From IMG/VR virus record IMGVR_UViG_3300045988_122037, positions 1 to 37,333 of that record: 37,333 bases of DNA, one strand, 5' to 3'. The position numbers and the translations under genes were made by a program. Positions within the stretch are counted from its first letter, which is position 1, and each line of letters opens with the position of its first letter. This DNA is from a virus. Shown one piece after another: positions 7,695-16,677 of this stretch. The notes beneath the pieces are model-generated. The model was not told where the DNA came from, did not search any database, and was given only the letters and a program-made list of their open reading frames with translations.

Positions 7695-9524
7695 GTGCAG
7701 AAAACCGGACGATATACTGAAACAGCGGAACTTATGGCAAAATCAATGGTAGAAAATGGATTTTCTGCGGATAAAATCCGTGTAGAAGTCATGAAAATGC
7801 TTCGTGCTGATAAAGATTATCAGATGGCGGTTGCAGAAAACACTATGGCATATAAGCGAGAGGTGCAGCAGATTATTAATAATACCATAGAATCTGCAAA
7901 GGAAGCAGGAAAAACTTTGATAGCAGAAGCCGGTGATATGGCATGGAATAATGATCTTTCTATGTGGGAACAACAGGGGGAAGAACTGACAAAGCCGAAC
8001 AGCTTAAGCAAATTTGTAAAGGCATCTTCTTTGCAGACATCTGGAGCACTTAGGAATCTGACAAAAACGATGGGATTTAAGAATACAGCACTTGGCATAA
8101 CTGGCGTAATGGATATGTATCAGCGAGAGATGGATCTCGCACTGATTAAGGTATCTACCGGAGCATTTTCTTTTGACCAGGCAGTCAAGGATTGTGTACA
8201 TCGTTTGGCACAGAGCGGATTGAGAAGCATTGACTATGAAAGTGGGAGATCGTACCAACTTGACGTTGCTGCCAGAATGGCTGTCAGAACTGGAATGTCA
8301 CAGCTATCTGGAAAAATCACAGAGGAAAATCTGAAAAACTCTAACCATGATCTTGTAATCACAACCCAGCACATGGGAAGCAGACCGGACCATGCAGTAT
8401 GGCAGAATAAAGTGTTTTCCTATTCTGGAAAAAGCAAGAAATATCCGGATTTTGTAAAAGAAACAGGGTATGGAACTGTCACAGGATTAAAGGGAGCAAA
8501 CTGTACGCATGATTTTTACCCATATTGGGAAGGTGCATCTATAATCCCAGAGGATATAAAAGAGCCTGATCCACGGACAATCGGTGGAAAGACTTATACT
8601 TATTATGAATCCACGCAGAAACAGCGTCAGATGGAGCGGCAGATCAGAGCGACTAAGAGAGAAATTGAAGCAACAAAAAGTATTGGCGGCGATGCACAGG
8701 ATTTGCAGAATAAATTGCGTGGTCAGATGGCAGATTATAAAAGTTTTTCAAAGGCGGCCGGGCTGAAAGAACGGGATAATCGACTTAGAGTAGAGAGTGG
8801 AAGCAGTGCTCTGAGATCTACACATGCATATCAAAAATTTATTGAAGTGAATAATGATGACTCAGATATTGGAAGAAGAATAAAGAGTTTATTTATAAAA
8901 GATAAGACAGACGTTATTAAAAGTTTTAGAAGTGGAATTAGTAATGTGAAAAATAATGATGTTAAAATACTTCTGAAACAGGCAGATGAAAGAGTTCAGT
9001 ATATAAAAAATGCAGGAAAGCAAAAATCTTATTTTAATAAAAATGATGGGAATATTTATTATGGTACTTATACAGCACCTGGAACTATTGCACACGAGCT
9101 ATTTCACGAGATAGACTATATTTATGGACTAACAGATAATGGTTTCTTGAGTAGTTCAATAGAAAAAGATTATAGAAGATTAACGAATATAGCTATTGGA
9201 TATGGAAAAAGTGTTGAGGAATTGTTATATTATAAATATCCTGATGCATTTTATATAAATGAAAGAGGGAAAAAGGTATTTTATGAAAAATATCGAGGAA
9301 TATCAGATATTGTAAATGGTGCGAGTGACGGAAAAGTATTTTTGGGATATGGACATTTAAGACCGGGTTATTGGGAACGAGAAAATGTGCTACAAAAAGA
9401 AACATTTGCTCAGTTTGGTAGAATATTATATGATCAAGATGATGATGTGTTGAAAATGACAGAGGAAATATTTGAAAATACCAGTAGAGAAGTATTAGAG
9501 AGAATAAAAGGAATGATGAAATAA
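7695..9524 (+). CDS. MuF / SPP1 gp7-like head-morphogenesis (minor capsid) protein with a C-terminal HEXXH metallopeptidase-like extension
   Basis: The MuF-type core includes HMGSRPDHAVWQNKVF and GLKGANCTHDF. HELFH lies at 9093-9107 in a visibly AT-rich C-terminal ~200 aa. The same frame is open upstream to 7593 (ALSEQQIDVLSDKY..IADIARRV) but has no canonical start there. Confidence 0.9.
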   Translation: MQKTGRYTETAELMAKSMVENGFSADKIRVEVMKMLRADKDYQMAVAENTMAYKREVQQIINNTIESAKEAGKTLIAEAGDMAWNNDLSMWEQQGEELTKPNSLSKFVKASSLQTSGALRNLTKTMGFKNTALGITGVMDMYQREMDLALIKVSTGAFSFDQAVKDCVHRLAQSGLRSIDYESGRSYQLDVAARMAVRTGMSQLSGKITEENLKNSNHDLVITTQHMGSRPDHAVWQNKVFSYSGKSKKYPDFVKETGYGTVTGLKGANCTHDFYPYWEGASIIPEDIKEPDPRTIGGKTYTYYESTQKQRQMERQIRATKREIEATKSIGGDAQDLQNKLRGQMADYKSFSKAAGLKERDNRLRVESGSSALRSTHAYQKFIEVNNDDSDIGRRIKSLFIKDKTDVIKSFRSGISNVKNNDVKILLKQADERVQYIKNAGKQKSYFNKNDGNIYYGTYTAPGTIAHELFHEIDYIYGLTDNGFLSSSIEKDYRRLTNIAIGYGKSVEELLYYKYPDAFYINERGKKVFYEKYRGISDIVNGASDGKVFLGYGHLRPGYWERENVLQKETFAQFGRILYDQDDDVLKMTEEIFENTSREVLERIKGMMK

Positions 9525-9703
9525 TGTATTATGGAATATCATCACACAAATTGTTAGAACTTAGAGATGAATATGAAAAATTATTCGGATATGATCCAAA
9601 TGGGGATATGGAGTATGAATTTGGAGATTATGGTGAGTATGTGCAGTTATTAAACAAGTGTATTAATCAAAAAAAAGATTTATATGAAATTCTGGAAGAA
9701 TAG
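9524..9703 (+). CDS. Small acidic protein (59 aa), translationally coupled to the MuF-HEXXH gene. Candidate immunity or partner protein.
   Basis: The ATG overlaps the upstream stop (TAATG). It reads MYYGISSHKLLELRDEYEKLFGYDPNGDMEYEFGDYGEYVQLLNKCINQKKDLYEILEE*. It falls below the 60-aa track cutoff. Confidence 0.55.
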   Translation: MYYGISSHKLLELRDEYEKLFGYDPNGDMEYEFGDYGEYVQLLNKCINQKKDLYEILEE

Positions 9704-9741
9704 CATTAATTGCAATATAACAAATAATTTGCATTGATAAC

Positions 9742-9936
9742 ATGCAAAAAGTGTTATATAATATCACTAGGGGTGATGTATTGAATCCTAGTAGATTTAT
9801 CTGGTATCCTTGTCCAAAGTGTGGAAGCCACCTTTTGGCAATCAATAAAGATACCGAGGTTAAAAATTTGCCGTGCAAATGCAAGCACTGCAAACGAGAA
9901 AGTTTAATAACGATAGCGCCGATTAGAGCCGATTAG
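9742..9936 (+). CDS. Small zinc-ribbon protein (64 aa), resembling cysteine-rich KTR-type proteins
   Basis: CPKC...CKCKHC four-Cys arrangement. The 3' end overlaps the conserved terminator element. Confidence 0.6.
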   Translation: MQKVLYNITRGDVLNPSRFIWYPCPKCGSHLLAINKDTEVKNLPCKCKHCKRESLITIAPIRAD

Positions 9937-9975
9937 TCAAGTCTTAAATTAGGACTTGATTGATTGGCTCTTTTT
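9925..9975 (+). terminator. Long hairpin terminator (copy T3 of the conserved element)
   Basis: AGAGCC-GATTAG-TCAAGTC-loop-GACTTGA-TTGATT-GGCTCT, then TTTTT. Confidence 0.7.
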
Positions 9976-9980
9976 AATGC

Positions 9981-10051
9981 CGCGGATTGATGTAATGGCA
10001 GCATACTGGTTTCCTTAGCCAATAGTGGTGGTTCAAATCCACTGTCCGCAA
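9981..10051 (+). tRNA. tRNA-like gene, possible tRNA-Arg(CCU), with non-canonical features
   Basis: Hand-folded cloverleaf. Acceptor stem CGCGGAT/GTCCGCA has a C1-A72 mismatch. U8 is present. D-arm is ATGT-AATGGCA-GCAT. Anticodon arm is CTGGT-TTCCTTA-GCCAA, with a C-A mismatch and U at position 37. T-arm GGTGG-TTCAAAT-CCACT is canonical. No encoded CCA. Confidence 0.5.
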
Positions 10052-10109
10052 TTATCTGTGGGTGATTCTCCCACGTTAAACAAATCATCGTTAAAGGAGA
10101 TATGAAAAA

Positions 10110-10691
10110 ATGAAAAGAGAAGAATTAGAAGCACTTGGAATGGCAAAAGAACAGATCGATAAGGTGCTGGACATGCATCATGAGGAGCTTGATCCGGTTC
10201 AGAAAGATTTGGAAACAGCACAGGCAGATCTGACTGCTGAGAAAATCAAAACCGCGACACAGGAAACTACGATCAAAGATCTGAAAAAGGATCTGGAGGA
10301 GTTTAAAGATGCCGATGTGAGCGGAATGAAGCAGAAAATTGAGGATCTTGAGAAAGATATTAAGACCAAAGATGCAACGCATCAGCAGGAGATTGCGGAT
10401 CGTGATTTCAATGATCTTCTCAAAGAGAGTATTGCATCCGCAAATGGTAAGAATGCTAAGGCGATCACTGCTCTTTTGGATGTTGATGTCTTGAAAGCAT
10501 CAAAGAACCAGAAAGAGGACATTGCAGCAGCAATCAAGACATTGACGGAAGCAGAGGACAGCAAAATGCTGTTCGGTGAGCCGGAACCGAAACCGGAAGG
10601 AAAAGTTGATCTTATCGGGGGAGTGAAAAAGACACCTGATGAAGGAGTTTCTTCTCTGATGGACGCATTAAAAGAAAAGTATAAACAGTAA
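10110..10691 (+). CDS. Scaffolding protein
   Basis: 193 aa, highly charged (E/K/D-rich) and coiled-coil-like, immediately upstream of the major capsid gene. Confidence 0.85.
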   Translation: MKREELEALGMAKEQIDKVLDMHHEELDPVQKDLETAQADLTAEKIKTATQETTIKDLKKDLEEFKDADVSGMKQKIEDLEKDIKTKDATHQQEIADRDFNDLLKESIASANGKNAKAITALLDVDVLKASKNQKEDIAAAIKTLTEAEDSKMLFGEPEPKPEGKVDLIGGVKKTPDEGVSSLMDALKEKYKQ

Positions 10692-10704
10692 AGGAGAATG
10701 AATC

Positions 10705-11697
10705 ATGGCATTAACATTAGAAGAAGCAAAAGTCGGTTATGCAGACAAAGTAGAACAGAATGTGATCGATGAATTTAGAAGATCGTCCATCCTGCTCGAT
10801 AAACTGACATTTGATGATACCATTTCACCAACAGGCGGTAGCAATCTGGTATATGGATATCAGAGATTAGAGACACCATCTACCGCATCAGTACGTCAGA
10901 TTAATGCTGAGTACTCACCAAACGAAGCAAAGAGAACCAAATGCACAGCAAGCCCGGTAATCCTTGGTGGCTCATTCCAGATTGACCGTGTGATCGCACA
11001 GACATCTGGTGCTATTAATGAGATGGATTTCCAGATTAAAGAGAAAACAAAGGCGGGAGCGAATTACTTCCACAATTTAGTAATTAATGGAACATCTGCA
11101 TCTTCCGGTACAGGATATGTGCCTAATACCTTTGACGGACTTAAAAAGATTTTAACTGGAAAATCAACAGAGATGACAACTAATATTGACATTTCAACAT
11201 CTGCATTATTAGACAGCAATTACAACGCATTGCTTGATGAATTAGATACATTCATTGCATTATTGGCTGCAAAACCAGATGTGTTAATGATGAACAGTAA
11301 GATGCTTACAAAGGTGAAGTCTGCGGCACGTAGAGCCGGATATTATGACAGAAATAAGGATGATTTCGGTAGAACTGTAGAGACATACAATGGAATTATT
11401 CTTATGGATGCAGGACAGTATTACAACGGTTCTACTACAGAAGATGTTGTTTCTACGTCAACACCTAGTTCAGATGCGTATGGTACAACTGATATTTATG
11501 CAGCAAAACTTGGACTTGATGCATTCCACGGAATTTCCGTAGATGGAAGCAAGATGCTCAAGACGTATCTTCCAGATTTACAGGCACCAGGAGCTGTAAA
11601 GACAGGGGAAGTCGAGTTGATCGCTGGAGCAGTACTTAAAAACAGCAAAATGGCTGGTGTGCTGAAAGGAATTAAATTATTAGGCAAAACAGCCTAA
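10705..11697 (+). CDS. Major capsid protein
   Basis: 330 aa, follows the scaffold gene, strong AAGGAG RBS. N-terminus MALTLEEAK..YADKVEQNVIDEF is typical of capsid proteins in this gene order. Confidence 0.88.
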   Translation: MALTLEEAKVGYADKVEQNVIDEFRRSSILLDKLTFDDTISPTGGSNLVYGYQRLETPSTASVRQINAEYSPNEAKRTKCTASPVILGGSFQIDRVIAQTSGAINEMDFQIKEKTKAGANYFHNLVINGTSASSGTGYVPNTFDGLKKILTGKSTEMTTNIDISTSALLDSNYNALLDELDTFIALLAAKPDVLMMNSKMLTKVKSAARRAGYYDRNKDDFGRTVETYNGIILMDAGQYYNGSTTEDVVSTSTPSSDAYGTTDIYAAKLGLDAFHGISVDGSKMLKTYLPDLQAPGAVKTGEVELIAGAVLKNSKMAGVLKGIKLLGKTA

Positions 11698-11717
11698 GGA
11701 AAGAGAGGTGGCTTAAT

Positions 11718-12101
11718 ATGCCATATGTTAATTGGGAGTATTATAGCTCCCTCTATGCGGATGTTCCGGTAGATAAATTCCCGGCATTTCTTCAAAAAGC
11801 ATCTGCAAAGCTGGATGTGTATACACACATGAGGGCAAGAAAATTTGAAGATGTTTATGATGAAGCATCGGCAACGTACTTTCAGAAGCAGGTGCATATG
11901 CAGATACAGAATACCGTCTGTGATCTGATAAATGCACTTTATAGGCAAGAGTCTACTGGTATGGGAACAGGAGTTTCATCTGTCAGCAATGATGGATATT
12001 CCGAATCATATAAGATTACTACAGTTGCAGAGAAAGAATCACAGCTTATATCGATTACGAGAGGTGGTCTTTCTGGTACGGGATTGGCAGGTGCGTTATG
12101 A
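11718..12101 (+). CDS. Head-tail connector / DNA-packaging adaptor protein (by position)
   Basis: 127 aa, first gene after the capsid gene. RBS GAGAGGTGG. Confidence 0.65.
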   Translation: MPYVNWEYYSSLYADVPVDKFPAFLQKASAKLDVYTHMRARKFEDVYDEASATYFQKQVHMQIQNTVCDLINALYRQESTGMGTGVSSVSNDGYSESYKITTVAEKESQLISITRGGLSGTGLAGAL

Positions 12102-12466
12102 GTGGATTATTTACCGATACAGTTACGATTTACAACAAAATTTATGATTCAGAATGGAAAAGAACAGTTGTAAAAGGCGTACAGTGGTCTGATAAAACCG
12201 AAAAGAAAAATGAAAACGGAAAAATCAGCATTGCCCGGTACGCGTCCGTAACATTCCCGAATGGCACTTATGAAGGACTGACGCTCAATTCTGCTAATGA
12301 GGAGGATTGCATTGTGTATGGAGCAGTCGAGGACGTTGTAGAGGATGTCAAAGGGAAAAGAATTTCTGATTTGATGAAGAGATATCCAAAATCGGGAATG
12401 ATACAGTCTATAAACGACAATTCCAATCGTGATTTTTGCAAAAACATTAAGGTGGTGGTGGCGTAA
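12098..12466 (+). CDS. Head closure / head-tail adaptor protein (by position)
   Basis: 122 aa; ATGA overlap with the upstream gene. Confidence 0.65.
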   Translation: MSGLFTDTVTIYNKIYDSEWKRTVVKGVQWSDKTEKKNENGKISIARYASVTFPNGTYEGLTLNSANEEDCIVYGAVEDVVEDVKGKRISDLMKRYPKSGMIQSINDNSNRDFCKNIKVVVA

Positions 12467-12810
12467 TGCCTAATATGTTTAAATTTATCTGCGATATTTC
12501 TGCCGCGATAAAAAAACGGGGACTTGAAGAGAATGGAAGAGTGCAACAGTTTATTGATTCTGAATGTCTCCGGTTATGTGAGCCGAAGGTGCCAAAGAGA
12601 GAGAATATTTTAATTGAATCCGGTCACTTAAATACGCAGATTGGAAGTGGACAGATTAAGTATCGCACACCATATGCTAGACGATGGTATTATATGCCAG
12701 CAAATTTCCACGAAGCACCGGAACGTGGAAATTATTGGTTCGACCGAATGAAGCAGCAATATAAAAATCAAATTCTTGAAGGTGCCAAGAAAATTGCAAA
12801 TGGAGGCTAA
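12466..12810 (+). CDS. Minor capsid / head-tail joining protein
   Basis: 114 aa; TAATG coupling. The YRTPYARRWYY segment is typical of minor capsid family proteins. Confidence 0.65.
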   Translation: MPNMFKFICDISAAIKKRGLEENGRVQQFIDSECLRLCEPKVPKRENILIESGHLNTQIGSGQIKYRTPYARRWYYMPANFHEAPERGNYWFDRMKQQYKNQILEGAKKIANGG

Positions 12811-12811
12811 G

Positions 12812-13225
12812 ATGACTATCTCACAATACATTGTAAAATTGCTTAGCAATTATGAGGGTTTATCAATTGATATGAACCATGTATCAGACGGGTCCGATCA
12901 GTATGGTCTTTTTAAATCACCATCCAGAGAATTAAGGGAAATGAATGACGGTAGCTGTGAGATTACAGAATATTATAATTTTATGGCGCGCCAGTCAACC
13001 GGATCCAGGTCAGAGAGAAAAGAATCTGATGAATGGTTAGAAGATTTGACATATTGGGCAGATGATTTCGCTTACACATATGCATTTCCAGCACTTGATA
13101 AAAATAGAACGGTGACCGGATTTTCCATTACCGGGAATCCATATCCGATGGAAGCCAGTGACAAAGATACATTATATCAGATGGCATTGTCCATCACTTA
13201 TTTACGAGAAAGAGAGGTATCATAA
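12812..13225 (+). CDS. Tail completion / minor structural protein
   Basis: ATG 12812 follows GGAGG. The track start at 12776 lies inside the upstream gene. Confidence 0.65.
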   Translation: MTISQYIVKLLSNYEGLSIDMNHVSDGSDQYGLFKSPSRELREMNDGSCEITEYYNFMARQSTGSRSERKESDEWLEDLTYWADDFAYTYAFPALDKNRTVTGFSITGNPYPMEASDKDTLYQMALSITYLREREVS

Positions 13226-13269
13226 GGTCAGGATTAACAAGATTAAAAAAACATAGAACTATTCCATTT

Positions 13270-13725
13270 TTGAACACCGCCGAGACATCGGCATTAACAC
13301 CTTCGTGGGCGAGAATTGGAAAATCCACAGTATTTGACTTGGTTTTGAACGCACAGACCGAGGATAACGATTTTATTGAGGATGAAATCCCAACAACAGA
13401 TATTAAATACTACAAACCATCACTTGCGCAGGAGTTACAGGCAAACAAGGGAGATGCGGCATTTGATTATCTGTATGATATGTTTTTCAATTTGCCTACA
13501 GGCGAAGATGTAAAGAAAGATCTCCTGATTGTATTTGATGGAAATATTGGATCAGAGGAAACGCCTAAATTTAAGGCATGGAAAACAAAATCAACTTTAA
13601 CGCTGGATCATTTTGATTCCGTTGCAGAGAAGATTTATTTTAACTTCTCAATTAACCATATTGATCGAGGTACTGTTACGATAAGCGATGGAGTACCTAC
13701 ATATACCGCAGATAGTGCGACTTAG
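13270..13725 (+). CDS. Major tail protein
   Basis: Position before the chaperone pair and tape measure. TTG 13270 has no RBS. The frame is open upstream to 13162 (..GLTRLKKHRTIPFLNTAETS), so the true start is uncertain. Confidence 0.72.
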   Translation: MNTAETSALTPSWARIGKSTVFDLVLNAQTEDNDFIEDEIPTTDIKYYKPSLAQELQANKGDAAFDYLYDMFFNLPTGEDVKKDLLIVFDGNIGSEETPKFKAWKTKSTLTLDHFDSVAEKIYFNFSINHIDRGTVTISDGVPTYTADSAT

Positions 13726-13733
13726 GAGGATTT

Positions 13734-14123
13734 ATGGATTACACAGTAATTATTAACAACAGAAGTTATGATTTACCGAAAAAGACAGTTTCAGTTATGA
13801 ATAAGCTGGATGATGTTTTGAAGGTGGACAATCTTAATATCAAGGCAAGACAGAAATTTGAAAAATTACATGAATTTGTAAAAGATATTCTTGGTGAGGC
13901 GAATGCAAAAGAGATTTTAGGATCGGACAATCTGGATGAAATCGATCTGTCAGATTTATCCATTGGAGTGCTGAAAATCAATGATGCTTATAATAAACCT
14001 TTAAATGATTATAAGATGGAGAAAATGAGAGCAACGTTGAACTCGGCGCAGATTGATAAAATTAATAATCTGGTAAACAGCGCAACAGTAATGGCTAATC
14101 TTCCTGGTGCAGCCAATGCTTGA
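13734..14123 (+). CDS. Tail assembly chaperone (gpG position)
   Basis: 129 aa; AGGAGG RBS; between the major tail and tape measure genes. Confidence 0.7.
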   Translation: MDYTVIINNRSYDLPKKTVSVMNKLDDVLKVDNLNIKARQKFEKLHEFVKDILGEANAKEILGSDNLDEIDLSDLSIGVLKINDAYNKPLNDYKMEKMRATLNSAQIDKINNLVNSATVMANLPGAANA

Positions 14124-14655
14124 TCTAACAAGAAAATCACTACCAAACACCGTCAGAGTGGGCGGTAGTGATTTTTCTATATATACAGATTTTCGTGTCT
14201 GGATGCGATTTGAAATCGAAGTTACAAAGCTGAAGCGTGGAGAAAATATCGATGTTTCGTATTTATTTAAAAATGAAATGCCGGCGCATTGTAATTTGAA
14301 TGAATTATTTGCTTTTTCAAGACCGGAAACACCATTACCAAGAGATATTTATCATCGAAACGTAATCACATTGGATTATGAACTTGATAGTGATCTCATA
14401 TACAGTGCAGTTTTAGGGCAATACGGCATTGATTTGTTTGAAGTGGACGAATTACACTGGCATAAGTTTTTAGCTTTGATACGAGGACTTAACGACAGCA
14501 CAAGACTTCGTGAAGTCATGGGATATCGCTGTTATGAGAAGAATCAGGATAAAGATAGAGATATATATTCTGAAATGCGTAGAGCATGGGAAATTGATAG
14601 GAAAACAGAAACGGAGTTGGAAGAAGATGAAAAATTCAGCAATCTTTTCAACTAG
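14107..14655 (+). CDS. Gp15-like tail assembly protein (gpT position)
   Basis: LPNTVRVGGSDFSIYTDFRVWMRFE resembles phage Gp15-family N-termini. Its own ATG at 14116 overlaps the upstream stop (ATGCTTGA). Confidence 0.68.
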   Translation: MQPMLDLTRKSLPNTVRVGGSDFSIYTDFRVWMRFEIEVTKLKRGENIDVSYLFKNEMPAHCNLNELFAFSRPETPLPRDIYHRNVITLDYELDSDLIYSAVLGQYGIDLFEVDELHWHKFLALIRGLNDSTRLREVMGYRCYEKNQDKDRDIYSEMRRAWEIDRKTETELEEDEKFSNLFN

Positions 14656-14769
14656 GAATGCGAGGTGAACCAGTGAAGGTCTGATGGATCTTTAGTTTTT
14701 GATACAAAGTTATTAACAGATGGATTTAAAAAGGGCGTCAGTGCACTGGGGGGCATAACGGTCAATGGC

Positions 14770-16677
14770 ATGAAAACAATTACTGCCGGAATAACTGCAG
14801 GAGTTACGGCGGCGGCCGGAGGGATTGCTGCAATCGGAACGGCAGCGGTCAGTGCCTATGCAGATTATGAACAGCTTGTAGGCGGTGTCGAGACTTTATT
14901 TGGAGCTGGCGGCCAGAGCGTATGGGATTATGCCGATAGCGTTGGAAAAAGTGTAAATGAAGTGCGAGAAGAATATGGAAAACTTATGATTGCACAAAAC
15001 GAGGTCATGGATAACGCTTCCAAGGCATATAAAACAGCCGGCCTGTCTGCTAATGAGTACATGGATACAGTTTCCGGGTTTGCCGCATCTTTAAAACAGA
15101 GTACATCTAGTGAACTTGAAGCGGCTCAAATTGCAGATCAAGCCGTTATCGATATGGCAGATAATGCAAATAAGATGGGAACGTCAATGGAATCCATCCA
15201 GAATGCTTATCAGGGATTTGCAAAACAGAATTACACGATGCTGGACAACTTGAAGCTGGGATACGGTGGTACGAAGTCAGAGATGGAACGGCTTCTTGCA
15301 GATGCAACAGCTATATCAGGCGTTGAGTACGATCTGGACAGTTTAAGCGATGTTTATTCAGCAATCCATGTGATTCAGGACGAATTAGGCATTACGGGAA
15401 CAACTGCAAAGGAAGCAAGCACCACGATTCAAGGTAGTGTAGGTGCCATGAAAGCATCATGGCAGAATCTGCTTGTCGGTGTTACTGATGACAATCAGAA
15501 TTTTGACCAACTTGTAGAAGATTTTGTTGATTCGGTTGGAACTGTAGCAGAAAATATATTACCACGAGTAGAAACGGCTCTGGACGGTGTCGGAACTCTT
15601 GTTGAAGAATTAGTTCCGATTATTATCGATCGAATCCCGGAATTGGCGAATGATGTTCTGCCAGATTTAATACAGTCTGGTGTAAACATGATTGCTTCTA
15701 TTGTAACTGGTTTGAATGAAAATTTACCGGAGCTTTTAAGTGGTGGAGAAGAAATTCTCGACACACTTTCAGAAGGAATTTTATCATTACTTCCAACGCT
15801 CGGAGAGGCTGCTTATAACATAATCACAACATTAATATCAGGAATCACCGATAATGCGGATTCTGTATTCAGCAGTGGTAGTGAGATATTACTTAATCTT
15901 GTGAATGGTATAGCAGAAAAACTGCCAGATTTATTATCTTCTGGGGTTGATGCTGTGATATCGTTAGCAATGGCGATAACAGAACCTGGTACACTGACGA
16001 ATATAATCACGGCTGGTATTAATTTGCTGGTTTCGTTGGTGGATGGAATTTTAAATGCACTTCCAAAATTGTTAGAGGCTGCACCAATTATCATTGCACG
16101 GTTGGTATCGGCATTAATTTCAAATGCACCGCAGTTACTAAAGGCTGCTGTTCATATCCTTGTAAAATTGGCAGAATTTATGATTACAAACACGGCAAAA
16201 TTGTTGGCAGCCGTACCGAAATTGTTTACTAGCCTTGTAAATTCATTTAAAGAGATGGATTGGGGCAGCATCGGTAAGAATATTATTGATGGGATTTGGA
16301 GTGGAATACAAGCGGGCTGGGATTGGTTGACCGGAAATGTAAAAAATCTTGCGACAAATCTGTTTAATGCTGCAAAAGATGCCCTTGGAATCCATTCACC
16401 ATCGCGTAAGTTTAAATATCTGGGTGAGATGTGTGTTGCTGGTTTTGATGATGGTATACAGAATCTTATGAGCACAGACGGTATTACAAAGAACATTAAT
16501 GCAAGCATTTCAACGGTAAGTGCTGGAATGTCGGGTGGTAATGGTGCTGGCACCGGATTAGGAAACTTCAATCAGACAATTAATGTTAATCAGCAGATTT
16601 CAACACCAGATGAGCTCGCAAGAGCAGTAAGAGTTGAAAGTAAACAGGGATTAATGAGGGGCGCGTATGGATACTAA
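14770..16677 (+). CDS. Tape measure protein
   Basis: 635 aa; Ala/Gly/Ile-rich hydrophobic N-terminus and a long helical repeat-like body. The TMP-typical DGSLVFDTKLLTDGFKKGVSAL lies in the same frame upstream (14677-14769) without a canonical start. Confidence 0.92.
   Translation: MKTITAGITAGVTAAAGGIAAIGTAAVSAYADYEQLVGGVETLFGAGGQSVWDYADSVGKSVNEVREEYGKLMIAQNEVMDNASKAYKTAGLSANEYMDTVSGFAASLKQSTSSELEAAQIADQAVIDMADNANKMGTSMESIQNAYQGFAKQNYTMLDNLKLGYGGTKSEMERLLADATAISGVEYDLDSLSDVYSAIHVIQDELGITGTTAKEASTTIQGSVGAMKASWQNLLVGVTDDNQNFDQLVEDFVDSVGTVAENILPRVETALDGVGTLVEELVPIIIDRIPELANDVLPDLIQSGVNMIASIVTGLNENLPELLSGGEEILDTLSEGILSLLPTLGEAAYNIITTLISGITDNADSVFSSGSEILLNLVNGIAEKLPDLLSSGVDAVISLAMAITEPGTLTNIITAGINLLVSLVDGILNALPKLLEAAPIIIARLVSALISNAPQLLKAAVHILVKLAEFMITNTAKLLAAVPKLFTSLVNSFKEMDWGSIGKNIIDGIWSGIQAGWDWLTGNVKNLATNLFNAAKDALGIHSPSRKFKYLGEMCVAGFDDGIQNLMSTDGITKNINASISTVSAGMSGGNGAGTGLGNFNQTINVNQQISTPDELARAVRVESKQGLMRGAYGY

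Noticed and set aside
9981-10051. The C1-A72 mismatch as evidence for an initiator tRNA-fMet
   Set aside because: The anticodon reads CCU, not CAU, and the anticodon stem lacks the three consecutive G-C pairs typical of initiators.
14100-14123. Canonical -1 programmed frameshift joining the two tail-chaperone ORFs (G/GT)
   Set aside because: The downstream ORF is in the +1 frame, not the -1 frame. It has its own ATG overlapping the stop (ATGCTTGA), and no heptanucleotide slippery site was seen. Translational coupling is the simpler reading.
14674-14676. Stop-codon reassignment (an in-frame TGA between a GTG/RBS and the TMP-like N-terminus; other upstream stops)
   Set aside because: TGA, TAG and TAA each terminate several well-supported genes here (for example TGA at 14121-14123 and 30298-30300, TAG at 7579-7581, TAA at 9522-9524). 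No long gene needs read-through.
15495-16571. Antisense ORFs inside the tape measure gene, and similar antisense or alternative-frame track ORFs. Examples: 802-1056, 1936-2289, 2286-2873, 4049-4603, 18084-18440, 27022-27423, 30316-30717, 35600-35998.
   Set aside because: They are embedded in strongly supported sense genes, lack RBSs and have low-complexity or Ser/Leu/Phe-rich composition typical of shadow ORFs.
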